Below the pieces are notes generated by a model. That model did no database searches, was not told the DNA's origin, and saw nothing but the letters and a program-made list of their open reading frames with translations. Positions 37,537 through 49,539 of a stretch of 64,000 nt of DNA are shown here, in pieces (the stretch's first letter is position 1; every line of letters starts with the position of its first letter). The position numbers and the translations under genes are program-made. Location: assembly GCA_051294375.1 (NCBI GenBank), contig CM119264.1, positions 14,105,323-14,169,322 of the forward strand, read 5' to 3'. Source of the DNA: Paraspadella gotoi. Lineage: Eukaryota; Animalia; Chaetognatha.

Positions 37537-38145
37537 AGGCCGGAACAGGTTGAAAACTAGAAGTTCTCTCAAATAAATAATGGGTAAAGTGACTGTTCAG
37601 AGAATATGAAAATAAAAATAATATTAAAAAATTATTTCATTAATAAGCGCACGGAAGCCTTTAAGATTATTTTATTACTATATAAAGTTAAAAAATTTTT
37701 TTTAAATTTTCAATTTTTTTGGATAGATTATGATAGAGCTTTAAAAGTTAGATAAAGGTTATTATTACAAAATTTTAAAAAAATTTTTTGTTTTATTGAT
37801 AAAAATTTTAAAAAAACCATAAAATTCAGCCAATGATGATGATGATTTTTTAACGTTTTTTTTGTTTTTAAAACCAATTTTTTGTTACAATTTTAAAAAA
37901 TTGTAGTACTAACTTTCATTTAACTTTTCAAGCTCTATAAGAATCCGTTCTTACAAAATAAATTTTTTAAAAAAAATTTTTTGTCATTTGTTATATATTA
38001 ATAAATAATTTAAAAGCTTCAGTGCAACAACCCAATGAACTAATTCAAAAAGTTGCATTGAAAATCGATTTAGTAATGAGAAGGAAAAAATAAATTTTTT
38101 TGAGAGAATTAAAAGTTATAAATTGTTCAATTTGGCCTCGCCTTA
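37537..38145. mobile_element. AT-rich foldback/MITE with 9-bp TSD
   Basis: ATAAGCAGT duplicated at 37528-37536 and 38146-38154. AGGCC/GGCCT near the ends; internal long inverted arms (ATAGAGCTTTAAAAGTTA / TAACTTTTCAAGCTCTAT). Confidence 0.65.
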
Positions 38146-38149
38146 ATAA

Positions 38150-38222
38150 GCAGTCCCTGAGCTTTGGATCAGTCTGTAACACCGTGTTACAGGCGGGTTA
38201 TGCGCCCCGTCCTCTTAACTGC
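38150..38222 (-). ncRNA. Degenerate twister-like motif (family B copy 2)
   Basis: Same layout as 57-130, but L4 TCCAAAGC breaks one T1 pair with GACGG, P4 has a terminal mismatch and P2' is shortened. Confidence 0.55.
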
Positions 38223-41200
38223 TAGGCGACCACCGGGCTAGAACCCCTGACCTTTGAGTTAAGAGGCCAATGACTTGCCTCCGGTACCAATGGCCACTGA
38301 TGAACGGTTGGTGGATTTTAGTCCACCATAAATATTCCATTTGCTGTTGCCGGCGAGCAAATATATATCAGACAAACGATACTACAAATTATTATAAAAC
38401 ACAGAATAATCACGATTTTATTATATAAAACTACAGAAGATATCCAAACGTTTATTAGTTTGAAAAATTGAATCCTGTCCCGAATGATCGCAAGAAATAA
38501 TAAAATGGTTTAGTAATAATAGAAATTTAGAAATAATAAGAATATAATATAATAATAAAAATAATATATAAATTAGCATTTTTGATAATAAATATCTTGA
38601 ATACCGTAATCAATGGTCATGATAGATTATTTTAAGTTTAACGCTGTATAACATTAGCATTTAAATTCATCGGCTATGGCTACTTGAGTGCTCCACTCTA
38701 CTGAATAGTAACGAACGACGTAAAGCACAAATGATGAAATGATCCAAACGGTAAAGGCTTGTCACGAAGTACAAACTAAGATATCAAAATTTCATATACA
38801 CAAGTACAATTTTTTTTTTTCTGAAAAGAAAAAAAGACAACAAAACAAATGAGGTAGACTGGTCGTCCAAACTGGGCATCAAACATTTAAAAACAAAATA
38901 CGGAGAATCACAGAATTGACTATCACAGAAAAATTCTAACACACAGTACGAGAAATACATTTATAATTTCTACCTGTAATGAATACAGTCGTGACCAGCG
39001 CGGCCATGTCGTTAATAAATGAGTCCTCTGGTCCGACGAGGGTTCGCTTATCCTCCAGTCCTCTTTCTTCAACGACAAATGAACATACTCCTCCTACGCC
39101 GGCTCTAGACCAATGCGCTCAAAACAAAGGAAGAACTAGCATAAGTTATGAAATACCTTATTAAACTTAATATTATATTCTAATAAAGTATTATTATTAA
39201 TTAGAAATTAAATATAAAAACTTCTTTACGCTTTAATTTTTTCGTTTTCTTATAATAAATCCTCTCCGCTTCAACGCCATTGACTGAGCTCCATAAACGC
39301 CATACACGTGACCAGAGACGATCGTAACAGAAAAGATCTCCGTAGCCTTTTTAGATATAGATGTTTATAATAATATAATTTATAATATAATATAATTTTA
39401 AAAAGTTTGAGCGGGAAAGATGTTTCATAATAAACGAGCTACAAAAATCCTCTTCTGAACTTCAGGCTGAAGCGCGGTTGCTCGTGCGCTACGGCCATAG
39501 GCTTTCGGATTTTGATTCGCGGTAGAGCTCAATTATGCGCGTTTGGGTCCAATATAGACTGTTAAATCGAAGCAAAAGCGCCTTTGATTTCTTCGGATTT
39601 ATTTTAACATGTTTAGAGATATTAAGCCTCGTTCAGCGTCACAACCTAAAAGATGAAAGTAGAGCACACCTGTAAGACATTTCTAACTCATGCTATTCAA
39701 AATGGACATTCTTCGTGGGCATGACGTTGGGAAATTGAGCTAAAAAAGGAGTTCATTTGATTACCAAAACAAGCAATCAAGCTTGGAATTTTTTACCTTT
39801 TTTTTAGCTCAATGGATAGAGAAAACCATGGGCTTTTCATATATAAACGTCAAAATGAAGTACGGTTCTTTATTATTGAAGAACGAGCTGGTCTACGGAG
39901 AGTAAGTTACGAAGGGGTCAAACCAGTCAACTTCAAATGCATTTTAAATACATGAAAAAATGAAATTTCCGCTCGCGCTCCACCTCGATGCCCTGCCCAA
40001 GACCCTACACTTTCAGAATCTACCCATATTATTACTATTTATAAAGGCTTGACCATGGGATTTATATAGAATCGATTTCAAGCGAAAACTTGATCCACCC
40101 GTCGACCGAAACGACTGACATCCCCAAATTTATGTATATTTTCTCAATTTAATATATACTTTTTTCTTTTTTCGTAGTCGTCAACACTTTTTTTACAAGT
40201 TCCTACTTTTAATTTAAGATTTCTTGTTTCAGTATATTTTTAGACAAAATAATTTAAAATGTCAGAAAATATTGTTATAATTTTATTAAAGTAAAACATT
40301 TTGTTTAAGAAAAACATTTTTAACTCGGTACAACATATTTTAAAATTCTAACAATTATATTTTTAATTATATTGGTTTCATTGAAATTAGTAATATATAT
40401 TTTAATATTTCAATTGTATCCGTTTTTTTTCCTTCCCCAATGTCACTTGCTATATTTACTTTCCATCCTGCCCAATATTTTTTCACTTACCCTTCTCCCC
40501 TCACCTCCGCCTCACCCTGGCGGCTCTTCCCTCATTTCCCATTACATCTTCATTGTCGAACCAGGAAAATGCTTTCAACGAACTCTTCGCATTTCTCACT
40601 CTTGACGACGACGATGACGACGACGATGACTACGTCGTCGCACAAACGCAACGACGAAGACGATGACGAAGTTGACGACGATGACGACGACGAAAAAAGA
40701 AACGGAGGAATTTATCTAGGATTACAAAGAAAATCGCTAAGCTGACTCCGAAGATGATATATAATTACGAGTGCGATTAAAATATTTCCACTGTTTACAT
40801 AAAGACGGAAAACATCGACAATGATGACGCCACCATAAGTGATGATAAAGATAACGCTGACGCTGACGCAGAGAAAGACTGTAATTGATTGATCTGTCAA
40901 TAGCGATTGAAAATATTTTTTTTAACGCTCTCGAATAAACTCTTTAACGAATTTCCAAATAGCCTGAGTCCAATCTCAACGTATCATCCCAATTTTTTAA
41001 CCACCTCCACCTGCATACATTCCGATTCTTCCCGTCAAACCAGCATGGCCCAATGTCTTCTCCTTTCTGTCCTCCATCTCCTTCCCTAACCAGTGGCCAC
41101 TCCTCTCGGAGTAAACGTCTTTTCAACCTCTCTTCCCGACAAATCTCTCGTCCATTTTTCTTTTTCCTTCGTTTCCCTTTCTTTCCTTTCCTCCTCGCTT

Positions 41201-42723
41201 TCCTTTCCTCCTTCCTCCCTAATCTCCGATCCATTTTTCTTATTTCATCCCCAGCAAGAATTGGCGCGCGCGACTCGCCACCGCGGTGATCGAAACCCAC
41301 TTTTTTTTTCACATTTTTTTTTTATTCCGTGAATTATTTTCTCTCGGCGAGCGAAGGCTTAACTCTGGTCAAGCTGAAGAACCAATCGGATTAAAAAAAA
41401 AAGGGGTTTTAATGACTTTTTTACCGTAGTAATGTTTATATTATAACATAGTTATTTAATTCCAATTCAATATAGAAAACTTCATTTATAAAAGCTGCGA
41501 GTTAATAAAAGTGACTGTTAGAAGTCAGAATTGAAAAGCAGGGCTCTGCTATGTATATTGAAGGGGGAATGGAGTCATTAAACAACCATGAAGGCATTAA
41601 CCACACCATAGCCTTTTCAATTTGTTTATTTTTATGAAATTGGTGCGACAAATATAAAATTATTATTCATTCATTTAATAAAATAAGCTATCTTGCCCTA
41701 GCAGGACCCTGCAAGCCTTCATCACTAATCCAATTTATAACTTACACAGTCCTTCAAAAGGGAAAATAAGATTTTCATCTGCGTAATCTTGAAATACCAT
41801 AAATCACGAGTGGATGATTCGCAATTGCGTCAATGATTTCTTCGATTTTCCACCGATTTTTCCGGCGACAAAGAATGAAGCGAAAGACTTTATTAAGAGG
41901 AGCAAGAGGTAAATTGAGGGCCGGAGCGAGGGAAAACGGAAGAAGGAAAGAAAAAAGGAAGAGAAATAAAAGGAAAAAAGGAGGAGGAAAGTGAAGGAAA
42001 GGAGGTAGGAAAACAGAAATGGGGTAAAAAAGAAAATTAAGACGGACGAAAAAGGTCAGGAAGAAAGGGAGGGGAGGAAAGAAAAAAAGGAAAGAAAATA
42101 GAAGAAAAGGGAGGGAGGAAAAAGAAAAAGCAAAGAAAAAAAGGGAAATTTAAAAAAGACGGTACGAAAAAGGATAGGAGAAAGGAGGGAGGAAAGAAGA
42201 AGGAAGAAAAAAAAAGGGAGGAAGAAAGAAAGGGTGTAAAAAATAAAATAGGATAAAAAAACCCGAAGAAATCTCGGAAAGAAAGGAAGAAAGGAAGAAA
42301 GAAAAATGAGAAAAAAGAAAAAAAAAAAAAAAAGTTTAGAGAGAGACAGAAAAATTTTACTTGCGGCAGAAACTGTGCGGAGAAAACTTTGAAAATGAGT
42401 GTAAACGGAGATGGAATCGAAATGAGAATTGCAGGCGGCAATGGAAAAGCCCTTCTCACGTTTTTAATGCGGGATGCAATAATTCAAGCGGGAGACTTTC
42501 TCTGGTTTTCTCTCGATGAATTGCTTTTTAGAATATCAACTGTTTCTGTTAATTTATTGAAATTGGTTCTTGTTTAATTTATTAATATTTTTTTTATCAA
42601 ACTTTATTTTCGGCTTAAGCAATATTTCATTCAATTTTTTCTCTCTCTCTCGTCTTTATTCATTTGGACGACGTTTTTCCCGAGGAAACCTTCTCCCCGC
42701 AATCTTTTTCTCTCTCTCTCTCT

Positions 42724-42814
<91 letters not shown>

Positions 42815-44291
42815 TTCATCTTCTTCACCCGCCCCGTTTCCCCCGAGATCTCAAGAATCGGAAATATTGTTTGTCTGTCGGGCGTCAACATAATTCAAAT
42901 CCTTTGACCGACGAATTCTCACCTCCTTCACTTCCGCGGCCTTACCTTCGGCCTTACCTTCGCGCCCTTAACCTTCGGTGGAAGGAAATTTAAACGGGGA
43001 CAATGGGAACAATTTGGGAGAAAGAAAAGAGAATGCAAAGAGAAAAGAGATTTGTGAAGGAAAAAAATTTGACGAAAATAGGATGAGAAGGAAATAGGAA
43101 ATAGAGAAATGATTATATATGAATAATTATGAGTTGGGCGAGGCAAGGACAATGATCATTTTTTGTAATGAAATAGAAATCTGTTAATAAATAATACATT
43201 AATTAATATTAAACATAATACATAAATATCAATACATAATTTTTAAATTTTTCAGAAAAACAAGCTGAGTCTCTCTTTGCTATTTACACTTTTTGGTTAG
43301 ATAATTATAATTAGTTCCCACTGACAAGAAAACCTTTTACAAATTAAGCTCTCGGTCATAATATTTCAGTCTCTGTTATAAAATCTCGGTATAATCATTT
43401 TTTATTTTTCTTTGTCTCTCTCTCTCTCTCTTTCTTTCTCTCTCCTCTCACGAAATCACGCACAAGGGAAGGAAAAAGAAATAAAGAGGAATAAAGAGGA
43501 AGGCACTCAAAAATGGGTTTTGAAGGAGGGAGGGCAAAGGGCCGATAACCCGGGTTATCTGATGGGATAAATAGCCAAAGTTTGAAGGATAAATATGTTG
43601 GATTTGGGCCCATGGATTGAAGAGGGTTTACTGGAGCAAAATGAATCAGAAAGTGAGAGGAGAAATTAAGTTGGAAAGTCACTCGAGATTTAGTCAGGAT
43701 TTAGACGTTAGAGCGACGTCTGGATTTTATTTCCATTTTGATCAAATTTCCGATATTTAGTCGTCACTCGTCAGTATTATAATGGTCAACTTAAGAATCG
43801 AGGCCTAATTAATAAATAATTATCCTTTACTGGATATCGTCATCGTCTTTAACATTGTTAATTACATTTAACTCTCGGACGTCTTCATCTTGGTCTTTAT
43901 AGTCAATATATTTTCTCTTCTATCGTCGACGTGGCCGTAATAATAGTGTCGTCGTCTCGTCGTCGTCGTCGTCGTCGTTTTCACCGTTTCCTTACTCCTC
44001 GTCTCTGTCTCAGTCCTGTCTCAGTCTCTCTCCCTGGATCCGCTGCGTCGGCGGAAAAAGGCGAAGACCGTTGACGGAGACAATCTGCTTCTGAAGCGAT
44101 TAAGTCATCGTCGTCACGATCGCAGCGTCGTCGTTCGTCGTCGTCGTCGTCGTCTCTGCTTCCTTCGTCGAGATGATCAAATTGTTGTTGTTCTCGTTCG
44201 TCGTTTTCTTTGATATCATCGCCAAGAATCGTTTTGAAATATTTCTTTATCTAGAGAATGAGAAGACAGTGACGATAGAAATGCAGAGATA

Positions 44292-44360
<69 letters not shown>

Positions 44361-44450
44361 TCTTCTCTCTCTCTCATTCTATTTTATTTCTCTCACGCGA
44401 ATCAGAATTCCTAGCTTTTCAGTGTTCTCTTCATAAATCTTTTTAAATCA

Positions 44451-44503
<53 letters not shown>

Positions 44504-46035
44504 TCTCTCTCTTCTCTCTCTCTCTCTCCCTCACTCTTCTCTTCATTCACTCTTTTCCTTTCGGCTAAACAATCTTCTCTCCCTACCAATAATCTTCTTA
44601 ATTTATTGCCTTCTGGTCCCTTCGAATGTCTTTCTGCTTTCATTTTCTTGCAGCAACATTCGTCTTTTTTCTTTCTTATATTATTTCTTTTTCGTTACTT
44701 TTCTACAATTTATGTATATTTTCTCAATTTATATATATTTTTCTTTTTTCGTAGTCGTCAACACTTTTTTACAAGTCCTACTTTTAATTTAAATTTCTTG
44801 TTTCAGTATATTTTTAGACAAAATAATTTAAAATGTCAGAAAATATTGTTATAATTTTATTAAAGTAAAACATTTTGTTTAAGAAAAAACATTTTTAACT
44901 CGGTAACAACATATTTTAAAATTCTAACAATTATATTTTTAATATTATTGGTTTCATTGAAATTAGTAATATATATTTTAATATTTCCATTGTATCCGTT
45001 TTTTTTCCTTCCCCAATGTCACTTACTTGTATATTTACTTTCCATCCTAGCCCAATATTTTTTCACTTACCCTTCTCCCCTCACCTCGCCTCACCCTGGC
45101 GGCTCTTCCCTCATTTCCCATTACATCTTCATTGTCGAACCAGGAAAATGCTTTCAACGAACTCTTCGCATTTCTCACTCTTGACGACGACGATGACGAC
45201 GACGATGACTACGTCGTCGCACAAACGCAACGACGAAGACGATGACGAAGTTGACGACGATGACGACGACGAAAAAAAGAACGGAGGAATTTATCTAGGA
45301 TTACAAAGAAAATCGCTAACGCTGACTCCGAAGATGATATATAATTACGAGTGCGATTAAAATATTTCCACTGTTTACATAAAGACGGAAAACATCGACA
45401 ATGATGAGCGCCACCATAAGTTGATGATAAAGATAACGCTGACGCTGACGCAGAGAAAGACTGTAATTGATTGATCTGTCAATAGCGATTGAAATATTTT
45501 TTTTAACGCTCTCGAATAAACTCTTTTAACGAATTTCCAATAGCCTGAGTCCAATCTCAACGTATCATCCCAATTTTTTAACCACCTCCACCTGCATACA
45601 TTCCGATTCTTCCCGTCAAACCAGCATGGCCCAATGTCTTCTCCTTTCTGTCCTCCATCTCCCTTCCCTAACCAGTGGCCACTCCTCTCGGAGTAAACGT
45701 CTTTTCAACCTCTCTTCCCGACAAATCTCTCGTCCATTTTTCTTTTTCCTTCGTTTCCCTTTCTTTCCTTTCCTCTCGTTTCCTTTCCTCCTTCCTCCCT
45801 AATCTCCGATCCATTTTTCTTATTTCATTCCCCAGCAAGAATTGGCGCGCGCGACTCGCCACCGCGGTGATCGAAACCCACTTTTTTTTTCACATTTTTT
45901 TTTTATTCCGTTGAATTATTTTCTCTCGGCGAGCGAAGGCTTAACTCTGGTCAAGCTGAAGAACCAATCGGATTAAAAAAAAAAGGGGAAGGTATGCGAT
46001 GGAAGGCGATGCGAGCAAAGGCGCGATGCGGACGT

Positions 46036-46104
<69 letters not shown>

Positions 46105-46221
46105 CTTAAGATCGGAAGTTGCGTTGAAGTACAACAACAAAGAAGAAAAAAAACTCCATTGAGGCGAAGATGCGATCGGTTCATGAATTCTTGATTGGGA
46201 CGAGGGACGTGGCCGTCGCCG

Positions 46222-46284
<63 letters not shown>

Positions 46285-46506
46285 TCCCCGCGCCGCCGCC
46301 GCCGCCGCCGCCATGTCGCTTTTATCTCGTTCACGGTTTGCGCGGTGATAGATAATTGGATTAAATCCCCGTCACGTAATAAATCTGTTTTGCCCAATTC
46401 GCGTCTGTCCGAACCAATTGGTTATTTTCGGTATTTAATTATTTATTAGTTATTAGTCGGGCATAGCAAAGTTCACCCCGCATCTAAGTATGACACCTTC
46501 AGTCCT

Positions 46507-46580
46507 GACCCGGTGGCTCATTGAGTAAAGCCATCAGCTCATGACCACTAGGTACCGGGTTCAATCCCAACCCGGTACCA
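46507..46580 (+). promoter_or_regulatory. tRNA-derived Pol III internal promoter head (second copy 46918-46990)
   Basis: A-box-like TGGCTCATTGAG, B-box GGTTCAATCCC, acceptor-like ACCCGG/CCGGGT (copy 2), anticodon-loop-like CTCATGA; the anticodon stem does not pair, so this is not a functional tRNA. Confidence 0.75.
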
Positions 46581-46593
46581 ATCCCACTACCCT

Positions 46594-46672
46594 GCGGGAA
46601 GTGTGAGGACGGCCGTAAAGCCGCCTTGGGGGCGTGAAAACCCTCAAGCCTGGTTCCAAGCCCAGGACCCGT
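46594..46672 (+). ncRNA. Twister ribozyme-like motif, type-P5 (family A copy 1)
   Basis: GCGGG(P5) AA GTGT GAGGA CGGCCG(P1) T^AA AGCC GC CTTGGGGG..CCCTCAAG(P3) CCTGG TTCCAAGC CCAGG(P4/L4) A CCCGT(P5). L4 TCC pairs with GGA of GAGGA. P2 is imperfect. Predicted cut at 46616/46617. Confidence 0.7.
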
Positions 46673-46996
46673 TCCATAGCTGCTAGAGGGGTTTAAAGAA
46701 GTTATGGATAGTCATCTTCAGCCCACATAGCGCCTTATCCACACTGGTGAGCCCATCCTGTCGAGTGTTTTCCAACCTTCTGATTCCAGGCCCATGGACG
46801 TGCTGAAGATTGCTCCCCTCCCTCCACTGGAAGCAGTGCAGGGTGGGTTACAATCTGGGGGCATGTAGTCGGCCATAGCAAAGTTCACCCCGCCTCTAAG
46901 CATGACCCTTCAGTCCTGACCCGGTGGCTCATTGAGTAAAGCCATCAGCTCATGACCACTAGTACCGGGTTCAATCCCAACCCGGGTACCTACCCT

Positions 46997-47073
46997 GCGG
47001 AAGTGTGAGGACGCCGTAAAGCCGCCTTGGGGGCGTGGAAAACCCTCAAGCCTGGTTCCAAGCCCAGGACCGT
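46997..47073 (+). ncRNA. Twister ribozyme-like motif, type-P5 (family A copy 2)
   Basis: Same core; P5 is GCGG/CCGT (one pair shorter on both strands), P1 is CGCCG. Predicted cut at 47017/47018. Confidence 0.65.
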
Positions 47074-47704
47074 TCCATAGCTGATAGAGGGGGTTAAAGA
47101 AGTTACGGATAGTATCTTCAGCCCACTTTAGCGCCTTATCCACATACTTAGTTTATTCATCTTTTAACATTATTTGTTGATTTATTATTATAATAGCGAA
47201 CGTACTACATACGTACGTACGTACATACGTACGATTATAAAACATGGAACAACGAGTATTGATGTGACTTAATTTCCTGGCATTCCGGCATTCCACTCAG
47301 GGACGGACGCTGACGCCACGGACAGGAAACACGAGACGATACGAGGAGAGAGAGAGAGAGAGAGAAGAGAGACAGAGAGAGAGAGAGAGGAGAGAGAGAG
47401 AGGAAGAAAGGAAAAGAGGTTGGCGCCGACTCAACAAACAGAGAAAGGGAAAAAGCGGACGAGGCGAAACGAATCGGGCAAATAAAACCCGAGCGCCAAA
47501 CAGAAGACAGACATGACAGAGACAAAAAAAAAAGACAAAAGGCGCTCTGGAGATGGCGCTGTGGACGTCGACAGATTATCGAATTTTTAAAAAAAAAGAA
47601 AAAAAAACTGGATCTACTGATCCGGTTTCACTGAAAGACTCTCGGGAGAATCGTCGGTGATAATTCACTGCGGGAGAATGTGAAGCCTAGGATTTAACTC
47701 CTCC

Positions 47705-47776
<72 letters not shown>

Positions 47777-47963
47777 GTTTCTAATTGATACAGACACTCA
47801 CACCCAGACTTGCAGACCCACCAAACACGCCTACGAATTAAAGCACACTTCTCTTGTTAGTTGTTTAAAATCTTGGAATAAATCATGATTCTNNNNNNNN
47901 NNNNNNNNNNNNNNNNNAAGGCATTGCGATGGAAGGCGATGCGAGCAAAGGCGCGATGCGGAC

Positions 47964-48034
<71 letters not shown>

Positions 48035-48265
48035 AGATCGGAGTAGCGATGCACTTGAAGTACAACAACAAAGAAGAAAAAAACTCCATTGAGGCGAAGA
48101 TGCGATCGGTTCATGAATTCTTGATTGGGACGAGGGACGTGGCCGTCGACGCCGCCGCCGCCGCCGCCGCCGCCATGGTCGCTTTAAAAGTATCTATGAC
48201 ATGTGAAGTAGAAAAGGGGGCAAAATGATATCATATATGAATATGATTCAGATGCAGATCAGTCA

Positions 48266-48310
<45 letters not shown>

Positions 48311-49488
48311 ACGCACTCACTCTCGTAGGTAAGTCGCCTGCATCTCCATGCCTCGTCCGGAATCCACTTTCCAAACTGAAAGTCCGTCAAATCCTCTTTC
48401 AGATTTCGTCGTTTTTCTTCTTTTTTTACTGCGTCTCTTCTTTCTTTTCTTAGAATAACCTCTTCAAAATCTTTCCGATCGGTGACCCAATTTTCAGTCC
48501 GATCCACTTTTAATTTTCAACATTGAATTCCTCTATTTTCTATTCAGATCTCCTTTGAAAGGGAGTCAACATTCTCCATCCCACCGAAAACCACATCTCA
48601 CCACAAACCGCCCACAGAACTCTTCCCCTCCCGCTTTCCCTCCTCACCCAGTTTTCCACCTTCGTCGAACTTACTTTTAATTATGCACACACGACTCTTC
48701 AAACTCTGTCGACGATCCCCGACGGGCATTTCCTGCGAGCCTTCCGCTTTCGCATCCTCCCCTCTCAACCGGACACGCCCCCGAATTAACTGAACCCCAA
48801 CGAATCTGACTGTAAGGATCCCGTTCTTAAAAATCCCCATATTCCCCTCCTCTAAATCCAACGGCCCTTCCCCCACGCGACTCCCCTCCCCCGTTCCAAC
48901 CCCCGGTGGACGCCCTGATGCGAGGACTTTGGATGACAAAGATCCGGAAATATCCATTAGGAATCCTCAGAGCCCCTCGGATCGTAGGACGGCAAGAGGA
49001 GAGAATATGGAAAGAGGGGTAAAGATAGGAAGAGGAGTGAAGGAGTGAAGAGAGGAGAAAGGGTATAGATAGGTGGTAATAGGAATAAATTATAAAGAAA
49101 CAGAAGGAAAGCCTGAAATAGAGATTCGAACAAAAAGCAAAGGGGAAACACAACGGAGGATCTCAGTTTAAACCAGAATTTAATTTTAACTTTAATATTT
49201 AATCTAAATATATTCTAAACTTATGAACTAATCCTTTCCCGTTTAAAAAAAGAGGCGAAAAGACAGCGAAGCGGATAGTTAACAGACTAGGTATTTTTAT
49301 AGGACGAGTCACGAAGCCCTAAATTCAATGGAACTAATCCCTCATGAGGTTAGTAATAATGTTGATAATCGCCTTCGTTTTTTTACGTTATATAAATTGA
49401 TAGTTACATGCCATCTGTGACAGAATTGGTTGTGATAATCTTTTATTCTTAATATATTTGTTTATTTAATTAACAAAAAAAATTATTA

Positions 49489-49539
<51 letters not shown>

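Larger units (their letters stand above)
37475..38330 (-). mobile_element. Family B tRNA-twister element copy 2, interrupted by a foldback insertion
   Basis: 37475-37536 matches 2-61 and 38146-38330 matches 53-238. ATAAATATT direct repeat at 37470-37478 and 38328-38336 (candidate TSD). Confidence 0.75.
35150..40124. mobile_element. 5-kb DNA transposon with perfect 18-bp TIRs (Mutator-like by GGG ends and ~8-9-bp TSD); no recognisable transposase
   Basis: GGGATGTCAGTCGTTTCG (35150-35167) / CGAAACGACTGACATCCC (40107-40124). Flanks CAATTTATT and CAAATTTAT; empty site CAATTTAT at 44706-44713. Confidence 0.85.
31896..45988. repeat. Large tandem near-duplication (31896-41406 vs 41407-45988)
   Basis: Both copies start TTTTAATGACTTTTTTACCGTAG and end CCAATCGGATTAAAAAAAAAAGGGG. 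The second lacks the 35150-40124 insertion and is indel-rich. Confidence 0.9.
46454..47144 (+). mobile_element. Family A tRNA-twister retrozyme-like element: ~1.7 head-to-tail copies of a ~410-bp unit
   Basis: TAGTCGG.CATAGCAAAGTTCACCCCGC at 46454 and 46866 (period 412). GC-rich island in AT-rich flanks; approximate TSD TATTAGTTATT / TACTTAGTTTATT. Confidence 0.8.
45995..48185. repeat. Short duplication 45995-46323 vs ~47925-48185, next to an N gap; includes (GA)n and (GCC)n tracts
   Basis: TGCGATGGAAGGCGATGCGAGCAAAGGCGCGATGCGGACG is present in both. Confidence 0.8.

Noticed and set aside
46507-46580. Functional tRNA-Met gene
   Set aside because: The anticodon stem does not pair, the D-arm is degenerate, and it sits in a repeated mobile unit; treated as a SINE-type head.
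46637-46697. Alternative type-P1 twister parse using the downstream GAGGGG
   Set aside because: No P1 partner and poor spacing; the upstream GAGGA gives Watson-Crick T1 pairing and matches the family B layout.
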